This document shows positions 20,936 to 30,116 of a stretch of DNA of 64,000 bases, in pieces. The notes under the pieces are model-generated. The model was not told the origin of the DNA. It made no database searches and saw nothing but the letters and a program-made list of their open reading frames with translations. Origin of the DNA: Bythopirellula sp. (GTDB taxonomy: Bacteria; Planctomycetota; Planctomycetia; Pirellulales; Lacipirellulaceae); NCBI GenBank assembly GCA_965216565.1, contig OZ244170.1:2432001-2496000 (forward strand), written 5' to 3'. A program made the translations under genes and the position numbers. Positions within the stretch are counted from its first letter, which is position 1. Every line of letters starts with the position of its first letter.

Positions 20936-21472
20936 ATGAATTCCTATTTCCGACCGTTTTTTGTGATTGTTGCAGCATGCCAACTGATTGGTTGTCAGGA
21001 AGCTCCTCATCAGAAGTTAATCACTGCATCTGGAACAGTACTTATTGATGGTGAGCCTCTTTCCAGTGGTACGATACGTTTCGTGCCCGAAAAAGGTCGT
21101 CCCATGAATAGTGCGATATTGGGAGACGGTTCTTTCCAGCTTGGCTCCAACTCTGTAGCTGATGCGGATGGCGTGGATGGAGTACCCCCCGGCAAATACC
21201 AGGTAGCAATTTCTTCCTCTATTATTGAAGGCGATGAAGGCGATAAGGTCCGCTGGTTAGCTCCCAGGCATTATGCAGACTTTCGTACCTCAGACATCGA
21301 GATCGAGCTTGAAGAATCTACCGACGACCTGCTAATCGAACTCACCTGGGAAGGGGCCGAAGAGGAGTCTGTCGACGAGGGTCCGGAAGATACCGATCCC
21401 TCTGCCGAACAAGACGAGAATTCTGCAGAACCCGAAGATTCTAGTGCTGACGAGCAGACGAAGGAGCAATAG
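20936..21472 (+). CDS. DUF1559-associated small lipoprotein (carboxypeptidase-regulatory-like fold) with acidic tail
   Basis: Lipobox LIGC; SGTVLIDGEPL, DGVPPGKYQV, PRHYAD. Confidence 0.75.
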   Translation: MNSYFRPFFVIVAACQLIGCQEAPHQKLITASGTVLIDGEPLSSGTIRFVPEKGRPMNSAILGDGSFQLGSNSVADADGVDGVPPGKYQVAISSSIIEGDEGDKVRWLAPRHYADFRTSDIEIELEESTDDLLIELTWEGAEEESVDEGPEDTDPSAEQDENSAEPEDSSADEQTKEQ

Positions 21473-21473
21473 G

Positions 21474-21947
21474 TTGTCTACACAAATCCATTCCCACAAT
21501 AGTTCCCTGCCGTACCGCTTTTTTCACAACCAACGATACTCAGCACTGTTGAGTTTCTTGTCTGTGTTGATATTGCTTTCCGCCGGTTGTGGCGACGGGC
21601 GGCCCGCACGAGTAACGGTCTCCGGGCAAGTGCTCATTGATGGCAAACCTTTGCAGCAGGGCAATATTAAGTTCGTTCCGGAAGGCGCACGACCCTCTGC
21701 GGGAACAATCGATGAGGATGGTCGTTTTACCCTGACATGCTTTGACGGCAACGACGGCGTGATACCAGGAACTCATCGAGTGCAAATCTCAGCTAGTGAG
21801 ATCCTGGACAACAGCAAGGTGAAATGGTGGGCGCCTCGAAAGTACTCGGACTTTCGCACCTCTGAACTCGAGTTCGTAATAAACGAACCCACCGACGACC
21901 TAACAATTGAACTTACCTGGGATGGCGGCAAGCCATTTGTAAAGTAG
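21474..21947 (+). CDS. DUF1559-associated small lipoprotein, paralog of the upstream gene
   Basis: AAGGAG RBS then TTG at 21474; lipobox SAGC; SGQVLIDGKPL, DGVIPGTHRV, DFRTS, TDDLTIELTW shared with the neighbour. Confidence 0.75.
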   Translation: MSTQIHSHNSSLPYRFFHNQRYSALLSFLSVLILLSAGCGDGRPARVTVSGQVLIDGKPLQQGNIKFVPEGARPSAGTIDEDGRFTLTCFDGNDGVIPGTHRVQISASEILDNSKVKWWAPRKYSDFRTSELEFVINEPTDDLTIELTWDGGKPFVK

Positions 21948-21964
21948 CATCTTGAAGGCAATCC

Positions 21965-24268
21965 ATGGACTCTAGCACCACAGGAATACGACGAGCGCAA
22001 TTTGCGATTGCTGCGTTGGTGCTAACAATTGTACTGCAGCCTAATTCGCATGCTGCTGACTTTTTTGTGACTAATATCTCCCAACTAAACACAGCAGTTG
22101 GCAATGCCGTGGCGGGTGATACGATCACCATGCAGGATGGCAATTGGACGAACAATAACGTCAGCTTCGCAACGGATGGCGATCCGAATAACCCGATTAC
22201 TCTACGAGCCGAAACTCCAGGGCAGGTGATTCTTAATGGGTCGTCAACTCTCGATATCTCTGGCGATTGGTTGGTGGTCGATGGCTTGCGGTTCGAAGGA
22301 GGTGCGCTCTCCGACGGTTCGAACGCTATCGTTGAATTTCGGGGTTCCAATGGCGAGGCCACGAATAGCCGCTTCACCAACTCAGCGATCATCGGCTATA
22401 ACCCAGCCAACATTAACGACCGTTATCATTGGGTCGAAATGTTTGGCACCAATAACCGCGTTGATAACAACCGGTTCGAAGATCACAACCATTCGGGCGT
22501 GACCGTAGTAGTACGGCGTGACGACACTGGCGCCGACAATCACCTGATCGATCAAAATCACTTCGTCGACCGTCCTGAAGGGAACGGCAACGGCTGGGAG
22601 ACGATCCGCGTTGGAACGAGTACCGAATCATTGAGCAACTCGTTTACTACAGTAGAAAATAATCTGTTTGAGCGTGTTGACGGTGAAATCGAGATCATCT
22701 CGAGCAAATCTGGTGAAAATATTTACCGTTACAATACGTTCCGCGAATCAAAAGGAACCCTCACCCTCCGTCATGGAAACGACAATTTGGTAGAAGGCAA
22801 TTTCTTTCTTGGCTTAGGCAAAGATGGTAGTGGGGGCGTCCGCGTCATCGGTGAGCGGCAGACGGTCGTCAACAACTATATTGGAGCTGTTGACGACCGC
22901 GCCGATGGAGCAATTTCGATCTCGGCCGGGGTGCAAGGATCGGCTGTCAACGAGTATTTCCAGGTCAAAGACGCTGTCATCGCTCACAATACGATCGTCG
23001 CCACTTCCGATGCCATGATCACCTTTGATCATGGCTTGGGTAGTAGTGGTCGGACGTTACTCGCAGAGAATGTGACTATTGACAACAACCTCTTCTTTAG
23101 CAATGGCTCGACTATTTTTGAGGGCACCGAAGGCACAGGTTGGAGTTGGGCCGGTAATATCGCTTTCGGAGGGAGTCTTGGTCCCAAGGCCGGGGTCCCG
23201 TCCGGTGAGATTAATGTGGTTAATCCTCAGATGCAGTTCGAGACTTCGACTGGTCTTTGGCGGCTGAGTTCAACCAGCCCGGCTATTAATGCCAGCCCCG
23301 TTGACTACAGCAGTACTATTTCCCACGACATGGATGGCCAGGCCCGTATTGGTGTTTTGGATGTCGGTGCTGATGAGTTTTCCGCCACCACAATTGTCCG
23401 CAAGCCATTTGTCGCGGGCGATGTCGGTCCTGGTTGGTTCTTTGACCCCAATGGCGGGGGCGATCCGAACAATGGAAACGGTGGGGGAGGGGGTTGCATT
23501 GCCAGAGGTTGCGCCATTCAGGCTGAAGACTATACCTCGATTCTCGATCCTGATAGCAATGGGCTGACATGGTCTACCATTTCCGATCCTAATGCTCTCG
23601 GCGGCCAAGCGCTACAAGCGCCGAATGGCGATCGGGTGGAGCTGCCCCAAGAATTACACGATACGATCGCCGTCTATGACTTAACCTTCGAGCAAGCAGG
23701 CACCTACCGGGCCTATTATCGAGCTAAGGGAGATGGCGGCAGTACTGATAGCATATTTGTTCCCGACGATTTCAACGTTGACCCAGACAACAACGAGTCC
23801 ACATCTAGTAACAATAAATTCCGCTGGGAAGTGGGAGACACGTTTACCATTTCCGCCGGCAATGTCGGTGTACCCTTGGAGTTTCGCATCGGAATGCGCG
23901 AACAGAATAACGTTTTTGATGCACTAGTGCTCGATCTTGACTTGTCCTTGTCAGCTTCAGAATTAAACGCCTTGTTCGATATTACCATCGTAGAAGCCGA
24001 TTTCGACGAGGATGGTGACGTAGACCACGACGACTTGCTAGCCTGGGAGACCGGATATGGGACATCCTCAGCCGCCACTCATATGGATGGCGATGCCAAT
24101 GGAGATGGAGCCGTCAATGGGCTCGATTTTTTGATGTGGCAAGAGCAATACACGGGTTCCAGTGCCCCGCTTTCTGGCCTTTCGCAAGTTCCCGAACCTT
24201 CATCAGCAGTGTTAGTCATGCTGTTTGCACTTAGCCTAAATGTACATATAAGAAACAGAAAGCCATAG
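21965..24268 (+). CDS. PL6 polysaccharide lyase (alginate lyase/chondroitinase B fold) with accessory beta domain, dockerin-like domain and PEP-CTERM
   Basis: PITLRAETPG, GNGWETIRVGTS, GEIEIISSKS, GTLTLRHG, GGVRVIG (PL6 signatures); VPEP C-terminus. Confidence 0.9.
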   Translation: MDSSTTGIRRAQFAIAALVLTIVLQPNSHAADFFVTNISQLNTAVGNAVAGDTITMQDGNWTNNNVSFATDGDPNNPITLRAETPGQVILNGSSTLDISGDWLVVDGLRFEGGALSDGSNAIVEFRGSNGEATNSRFTNSAIIGYNPANINDRYHWVEMFGTNNRVDNNRFEDHNHSGVTVVVRRDDTGADNHLIDQNHFVDRPEGNGNGWETIRVGTSTESLSNSFTTVENNLFERVDGEIEIISSKSGENIYRYNTFRESKGTLTLRHGNDNLVEGNFFLGLGKDGSGGVRVIGERQTVVNNYIGAVDDRADGAISISAGVQGSAVNEYFQVKDAVIAHNTIVATSDAMITFDHGLGSSGRTLLAENVTIDNNLFFSNGSTIFEGTEGTGWSWAGNIAFGGSLGPKAGVPSGEINVVNPQMQFETSTGLWRLSSTSPAINASPVDYSSTISHDMDGQARIGVLDVGADEFSATTIVRKPFVAGDVGPGWFFDPNGGGDPNNGNGGGGGCIARGCAIQAEDYTSILDPDSNGLTWSTISDPNALGGQALQAPNGDRVELPQELHDTIAVYDLTFEQAGTYRAYYRAKGDGGSTDSIFVPDDFNVDPDNNESTSSNNKFRWEVGDTFTISAGNVGVPLEFRIGMREQNNVFDALVLDLDLSLSASELNALFDITIVEADFDEDGDVDHDDLLAWETGYGTSSAATHMDGDANGDGAVNGLDFLMWQEQYTGSSAPLSGLSQVPEPSSAVLVMLFALSLNVHIRNRKP

Positions 24269-24295
24269 AAACCGTTGCTAAAAGGAAACAAACAG

Positions 24296-25666
24296 ATGCC
24301 CTCAGACAAATCAAAACCAGTTACGTCGGATCGTCGCGAGTTTTTCAAGAAATCTGCTCTCGCGGCAGCGGCGGTCGCTCCCTACTACGTTTCCGCCTCA
24401 GCTTTCGGTGCAAACGCACCGAGCAACCGGATCACCATGGCCTGTATTGGTGTCGGCAATCAAGGTTTTCCGGTCATGAAACGATTTCTCTCCTACGACG
24501 ACTGCCAGGTAGTCGCCGTCTGCGACGTCAATCGGGGCAGCAATGGCTACAAGGATGACAAGCATTTTTATGGTCGAGAGCCAGCCAAGAAAGAGGTGGA
24601 GAAGCAGTACGGCAAGAGAAAAGACTCGGGCTCCTTCAAAGGCTGTGACGCCTATAACGATTTTCGAGAAATCATTGAGCGAGATGACATCGATACGGTT
24701 GTAATTGCCGCTCCTGATCATTGGCATAGCGAGATGACCGTGCGTGCCGCTGAGTCGGGCAAAGACATCTATTGCGAGAAGCCACTCGGGCTCACCATTG
24801 GTGATCAGCAAGCCATGGTGAATGCCGTCAAGAAGAACGACGTCATTCTGCAAACCGGTAGCCACGAACGCTCCAATCCCAATGTCCGCAAGCTAGTTGA
24901 ACTCGTTCAGAGTGGGGCACTCGGAGAGATTAAACGCGTTATCTGCAATGTGGGACGCCACAACATGATCGGCCCCGGTCCCGGCTGGAAAGAAATGCCA
25001 GTTCCGGACGGATTCGATTACGACATGTGGTTGGGCCCCGCGCCAGACGCCCCTTATCACAAGGATCGATGCCTGTACCGTTTCCGCTTTATCTACGACT
25101 ATGCCGGCGGCCAGGTCACCAACTTCGGTGCCCATTCACTGGACATGGCCCAATGGGGTTTAGGCATGGACAAATCCGGTCCCGTTCACGTGAAACCGAG
25201 ATATGCACAATTCCTTCCCGAAGGCAGTCTATTCAATGCTGCTCTGTTTACTCACTTTGTTTGCAAGTACAGCAATGGAGTGGAAGTTGAATGTGTGACG
25301 GGTGAACCCGCTGTCCGTTGTCAATTTGAAGGCACCGAAGGAATTGCCCGAATTGACAATCAAGGTCGCGAATTTGTATCGATTCCCGAGAGTATCAAGA
25401 ATTCGAAATTTGGCACCGATACTCCGGAAATCTACAAGAGCAACGATGATCATCAGAGAAACTTCCTCGACTGTGTAAAGTCGCGAGAAGAACCCAACGC
25501 GTCTGTCGAAGTTGGTCATCGCAGCGCTACCGTGTGTCACTTGGGCAATATCGCCTTGCGTCTCAATAAAGAACTAGATTGGGATCCAGATGCCGAGAAG
25601 TTCGAAGGTAGTGAAGAGGCAAATTCCATGATCAATCGTCCCACTCGCAAGTCCTGGCACGTTTAA
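24296..25666 (+). CDS. Tat-exported Gfo/Idh/MocA oxidoreductase
   Basis: DRREFFKK Tat motif; CIGVGNQG, PDHWH, DIYCEKP, YDMWLGPAP, FGAHSLD. Confidence 0.9.
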   Translation: MPSDKSKPVTSDRREFFKKSALAAAAVAPYYVSASAFGANAPSNRITMACIGVGNQGFPVMKRFLSYDDCQVVAVCDVNRGSNGYKDDKHFYGREPAKKEVEKQYGKRKDSGSFKGCDAYNDFREIIERDDIDTVVIAAPDHWHSEMTVRAAESGKDIYCEKPLGLTIGDQQAMVNAVKKNDVILQTGSHERSNPNVRKLVELVQSGALGEIKRVICNVGRHNMIGPGPGWKEMPVPDGFDYDMWLGPAPDAPYHKDRCLYRFRFIYDYAGGQVTNFGAHSLDMAQWGLGMDKSGPVHVKPRYAQFLPEGSLFNAALFTHFVCKYSNGVEVECVTGEPAVRCQFEGTEGIARIDNQGREFVSIPESIKNSKFGTDTPEIYKSNDDHQRNFLDCVKSREEPNASVEVGHRSATVCHLGNIALRLNKELDWDPDAEKFEGSEEANSMINRPTRKSWHV

Positions 25667-25736
25667 CCAGCGGCCCAGAACCAAAGTCTTGGGGCGGAAC
25701 AGATCTGAGCAGTAGTAAGGAAGAAAGAGACTTAGT

Positions 25737-27197
25737 TTGAAACAAGAGCAACTCAAGCAGTCTTCGGCATCGTCATCTGTCAGCGCAAAGCCTACAGACA
25801 TTCGTCTGCGAGGAGCAGAACTCTATTTTCTCCCAGTAGAGACCCGCATCCCGCTGAAATTCGGCACTGAGACTCTTACTTCTGTTACTTGCGCAAGGGT
25901 TAGAGTTATTGTCGAAGATAGAGAAGGGCGTCTCGCCAGTGGATGGGGCGAAACTCCGCTCAGCGTCCAATGGGTCTGGCCAAGTGACGTGCCTTACGCA
26001 ACTCGTCACAACGCACTCAAGGATTTCTGCGAACAGCTGACCTCTGCCTGGGCCTCATTTTCGTCCTTCGGCCACCCGCTAGAACTCGGCTATGAATTTC
26101 AGCAAACGATTCTTCCTACGCTGCTAGGTGGTTTCAATCGCGACTGCGAAGCTGAGGAACGCATCCCTAAGCTTGCTTCCCTGTTGTGCTGCTCGCCCTT
26201 CGACATCGCGCTTCACGATGCTTTTGGCGTGATGCACGATATCTCTGTCTACGATTCATACACGGAACAATACCTCAGCCGGGACCTGGCAAGCTACTTA
26301 GAGCCGACTGAGGGCGAACCGAACCCGTTCGTAGGCAAATATCCTTCCGATTACTTATCGAAGAATCCAAAACAAAGCCTTCCCGTTTGGCATCTGGTGG
26401 GAGGCCTTGATCCTCTGGATGATTCGCAGCTCAACGGCAACAAAGTGGACGATGGCGAGCCGTATCTGCTGAGCGACTGGATTCGTCGGGATGGGATTAA
26501 TTGTTTGAAAGTGAAACTTCGGGGCAATGACGCCCAATGGGATTATCAACGAATCGTTCAGGTAAGTGAGATTGCTTCGGAATTTGGCCCCTACACGCTA
26601 AGCACAGACTTTAATTGCACCGTAACGGATCCTCAGTATGTAAACGACATTCTAGATCGACTGTCTGCAGAGCATCCGGATTCCTTTAAGTCGATCCTCT
26701 ATGTAGAACAACCGTTTCCGTACGATCTCGAATCCTACAGAATCGACGCACATAGCGTGTCAGAGCGAAAGCCATTGTTGATGGACGAAAGCGCCCACAC
26801 ATGGGAATACGTCCGATTGGGCCGAGAGTTTGGCTGGGATGGGGTCGCTCTGAAAACTTGCAAAACCCAAACAGGGGCCATTCTGATGCTTTGTTGGGCC
26901 AAAGCGCATGGCATGCACGTGATGGTGCAAGACTTGACGAATCCCATGTTGGCTCAAATCCCGCATGTTCTGCTTGCCGCCAACGCGGATACCATGATGG
27001 GAGTAGAATCCAACGCGATGCAATTCTACCCGCGTGCATCCCTGCCCGAAGCGAAGGTGCATCCGGGTCTGTATCAACGCCGCAAAGGCGTGCTCGATCT
27101 CTCTACTCTCAGTGGCCCTGGATTTGGTTATCGAGTTGATGAAATTCAGCGCACTCTCGGCAAACCTGTTGCCCGCTTCGGCATCGCTGCCGTCTGA
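25737..27197 (+). CDS. Enolase-superfamily (mandelate racemase/MLE-like) enzyme
   Basis: GWGETPL, KVK, DFN, YVEQP, MDES metal-ligand pattern, ALKTCK. Start uncertain (TTG). Confidence 0.8.
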   Translation: MKQEQLKQSSASSSVSAKPTDIRLRGAELYFLPVETRIPLKFGTETLTSVTCARVRVIVEDREGRLASGWGETPLSVQWVWPSDVPYATRHNALKDFCEQLTSAWASFSSFGHPLELGYEFQQTILPTLLGGFNRDCEAEERIPKLASLLCCSPFDIALHDAFGVMHDISVYDSYTEQYLSRDLASYLEPTEGEPNPFVGKYPSDYLSKNPKQSLPVWHLVGGLDPLDDSQLNGNKVDDGEPYLLSDWIRRDGINCLKVKLRGNDAQWDYQRIVQVSEIASEFGPYTLSTDFNCTVTDPQYVNDILDRLSAEHPDSFKSILYVEQPFPYDLESYRIDAHSVSERKPLLMDESAHTWEYVRLGREFGWDGVALKTCKTQTGAILMLCWAKAHGMHVMVQDLTNPMLAQIPHVLLAANADTMMGVESNAMQFYPRASLPEAKVHPGLYQRRKGVLDLSTLSGPGFGYRVDEIQRTLGKPVARFGIAAV

Positions 27198-27221
27198 TCT
27201 ATATAACCTGGGAGAGAGAGC

Positions 27222-29921
27222 ATGGGCGCTCGAACTGTATTCTTGGCCTTGTTGGCCTTCTTGCTTAGTTACTGCTGCAATTCAGCATCGCAAGCGGCCG
27301 AGCTTGGTACCGTCTATTGGGAATCGGCCCATCTCTTAAACGTAAAAGAGCGTTCTGCGCATCCCGATCAAGAGCTAAAGCAGAGTCTTGATCTCCTGGA
27401 ATCGAATGCAGAGTTGGCTCTCCGGCGGGGGCCTTATTCCGTAATGGATAAGAAGGAAGTGCCTCCCAGCGGCGATAAGCACGACTACATGAGCTTCAGC
27501 CGGTACTGGTGGCCCAATCCCGAGACTGAAGACGGTTTGCCATACATTAGGAAAGATGGCCAAGTGAACCGCAAGCTTCGTCAAAGGGGAGATCGTGATC
27601 GCGTCGGCATGCTGATGGAAGATGTCGAGACTTTATCGTTAGCGGCCTTCCTCTTGGAAAAAGAATCCTTCGCTAATCACGCGACGAAACTCATCCGGGT
27701 TTGGTTTCTCGATCCAAAAACACGGATGAACCCCAACCTAAAATATGGCCAAGCTGTGCCTGGTCGCTCTGTTGGACGCGGCGTTGGCATCATCGACACT
27801 CGCGGGTTCCTAAAAATCTTGGACGCGGTCGCTCTACTGAGTTCAATGGATGCGATTGAAGAAACCGAAGTGGCGCAACTTCGCGAGTGGTTCTCGGAAT
27901 ATCTCGACTGGCTCCTGACGAGTGAACTTGGCATTGATGAAGCCGCTCGCGAGAACAACCACGGCTCTTGGTATAGAGCACAGACCGCCAGGATCGCGCT
28001 ATTTGTTGGCAAGAAGGACACGGCATCGGAAATCGTCGAGAAGATCCGTCAAAAACGTATTGCAATGCAGTTTGAACCCGACGGGAGCCAACCGGAAGAA
28101 TTGGCGCGGACCCAATCTCTGCACTATAGCCTCTTCAACCTTAGTGCCCTATCGGTGGCAGCACGAGTAGGTGAGCATCTCGGCTTAGATCTTTGGAGCT
28201 CAGAAAACGGCGACAGTCTGCGGCCGGGAATCGACTTCTTATTGCCTTACTTAAACAAGAAAGAAAAGTGGCCGCACCCACAAATACACGATTACTCTAT
28301 GTCTCGTGGAACCGTTAATTTGCTGCGAATGGCCTCGATTCGTTATGACGATACAAAATATCTGGAGCCGATCAGCGAGAATAGCATCCGCCATCCTGAG
28401 TTCAATTACGCGGAGCTGTTGTTTCGCAAAAAAGATGGTTCCGACAAAACGCCTCGAGACACACGGATCGAAATCTCCACAAATCAGAAAGTTGGCAAGC
28501 CGAAGTACGATCTGCCAGACATTTCGGGGTTTACCAGGGAAAGTATCAAGGAGATGGTTCCAACTGAAAGGGAAGGGACCGCACAAGTAGGACCAACAGC
28601 AGGCGAAGCAATCCTCCGCGAGACCTTCCGCAAAGATCGTCTCAAAGACATGCAACAGAGACAGGGGACGAAATCAACTCAAGCCATCAAGTTGAGCGCC
28701 GGTGCTGTTTCTCTCCAGGATGTCGTATTGCAAATTGACAACGAGGAGATTATCTCTTCTGCTGCAGGCGTGGTTACGGTGCGGCTTCCCATTTTAATCG
28801 AGGCAGACGCCGCGTTGATTGTCGAGGGAGCATCGACCAAGGAAGTCCGATTATCGACAGATAGAGGGGCCTTAATCGCTAACGCTGGTCGGCTGTTCAT
28901 TCTGGATACGCAAGTCACGTCTTGGGATGAGCAATCGGGTTCGCCTACCGAGTGGAAAAGTAAAGAAAACTTCCGCCCATTTATCTCCTCGTATATCCGC
29001 TCCCAAACATTTCTGTCCGGCAGTGAATTTGTAAACTTGGGCTACCATGCGCCCACTTCTTACGGCCTGAGCCTGTCGAGCCAACCAGAACGCGAAGACC
29101 CGACCAAGAGAGCGCAATGGCCAACTGGCATCCTTGTCGACAACGAGTTCCGAGGTTTGTACTACGGCTTTTACTCGTATGAAGCGCGGGCTGTGAAGAT
29201 CATTGGCAACACCTATACCGACTGCATTCTGTACGGCATCGATCCTCACGATCGTTCCACCGAACTCGTCATTGCTCGAAACACTGCGACGGGTACGTTG
29301 GAGAAACACGGCATTATTGGCTCGCGTGGCATCAGCAACAGTTTTATCTTCGAGAACGTCTCCCATGACAATCACGGATCGGGAATCATGCTCGATCGCC
29401 AGTGCAAAGGAAACATTGTTTGCAACAATAAGGTATTCAACAACGGGCAGGGAATCGCAATTTACGAAAGCCGCGGCAACATCATCGCTGAAAACATGGT
29501 GGTGCAGAACAAGAAGTCAGGAATCCGAGTCCGCAATAGCCAAGGGACCGTTGTTGTGGAAAACGAAATTGTGGCGAACGGCGACTATGGGTTGGAGATC
29601 TATGCAAAGCAGCTCGACGATCATGCCAAACGCATGAAGCGAGGAGACTTATACGACGATTTCGTCTCGGTTTCTGTTTTCGGAAACGTGGTTGTGGGAA
29701 ATCAGGGAGGTATTGTCAAAGGCAATAACGTCTCCTATTTGGCAATGCGAGACATTCAAACTAAGACTAATCTAGACCAACTCGAAGCGAGTACGGGGCT
29801 AGCAAGTATCTCTCTCTACGACCAGGAAGACACTAGCTTTGGAAGCGAACTCAAGCAGTACTCTTCGCAGCTCGACCAGGTATTCGACGACTCACTTCCC
29901 TTAGTAGAGCTGCGACGATAA
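27222..29921 (+). CDS. Secreted fusion: alginate-lyase (PF05426, PL38-like) domain plus AlgG-like mannuronan C5-epimerase beta-helix
   Basis: N-half: PPSGDKHDYMS..YWWPNP..DGLPYIRKDG, NNHGSW, ELARTQSLHYS. C-half: YYGFYSYEA, YGIDPHDRS, KHGIIGSR, SGIMLDR. Confidence 0.85.
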   Translation: MGARTVFLALLAFLLSYCCNSASQAAELGTVYWESAHLLNVKERSAHPDQELKQSLDLLESNAELALRRGPYSVMDKKEVPPSGDKHDYMSFSRYWWPNPETEDGLPYIRKDGQVNRKLRQRGDRDRVGMLMEDVETLSLAAFLLEKESFANHATKLIRVWFLDPKTRMNPNLKYGQAVPGRSVGRGVGIIDTRGFLKILDAVALLSSMDAIEETEVAQLREWFSEYLDWLLTSELGIDEAARENNHGSWYRAQTARIALFVGKKDTASEIVEKIRQKRIAMQFEPDGSQPEELARTQSLHYSLFNLSALSVAARVGEHLGLDLWSSENGDSLRPGIDFLLPYLNKKEKWPHPQIHDYSMSRGTVNLLRMASIRYDDTKYLEPISENSIRHPEFNYAELLFRKKDGSDKTPRDTRIEISTNQKVGKPKYDLPDISGFTRESIKEMVPTEREGTAQVGPTAGEAILRETFRKDRLKDMQQRQGTKSTQAIKLSAGAVSLQDVVLQIDNEEIISSAAGVVTVRLPILIEADAALIVEGASTKEVRLSTDRGALIANAGRLFILDTQVTSWDEQSGSPTEWKSKENFRPFISSYIRSQTFLSGSEFVNLGYHAPTSYGLSLSSQPEREDPTKRAQWPTGILVDNEFRGLYYGFYSYEARAVKIIGNTYTDCILYGIDPHDRSTELVIARNTATGTLEKHGIIGSRGISNSFIFENVSHDNHGSGIMLDRQCKGNIVCNNKVFNNGQGIAIYESRGNIIAENMVVQNKKSGIRVRNSQGTVVVENEIVANGDYGLEIYAKQLDDHAKRMKRGDLYDDFVSVSVFGNVVVGNQGGIVKGNNVSYLAMRDIQTKTNLDQLEASTGLASISLYDQEDTSFGSELKQYSSQLDQVFDDSLPLVELRR

Positions 29922-30082
29922 CCTCTTGGTCACGTTTTATCTGCATCAAAAAGGTGGGGATTCTGTTCCCACTTGTGCTTCCTTGAGCGGCTCTTCAATC
30001 GCAACCTGCTTGAGTTGTAAGAGCGGCCGGCATCTTACGGCTTGCCAGTGGCTGTTGGCCACAATATCTGGTCAGCGCTGGC

Positions 30083-30104
30083 ATAGTGTACAAATTAACA
30101 CTAT
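30083..30104. promoter_or_regulatory. Palindromic operator, candidate LexA (SOS) box
   Basis: ATAGTGT-acaaatta-ACACTAT, 12 nt before the Y-polymerase ATG. Core TGTAC-N4-TAACA resembles the Verrucomicrobia LexA motif TGTTC-N4-GAACA. Confidence 0.55.
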
Positions 30105-30116
30105 ACTCATCCGACT

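Noticed and set aside
27222..29921. Alginate biosynthesis operon
   Set aside because: No algD, alg8, alg44, algK, algE or algX-like genes nearby; the context is catabolic.
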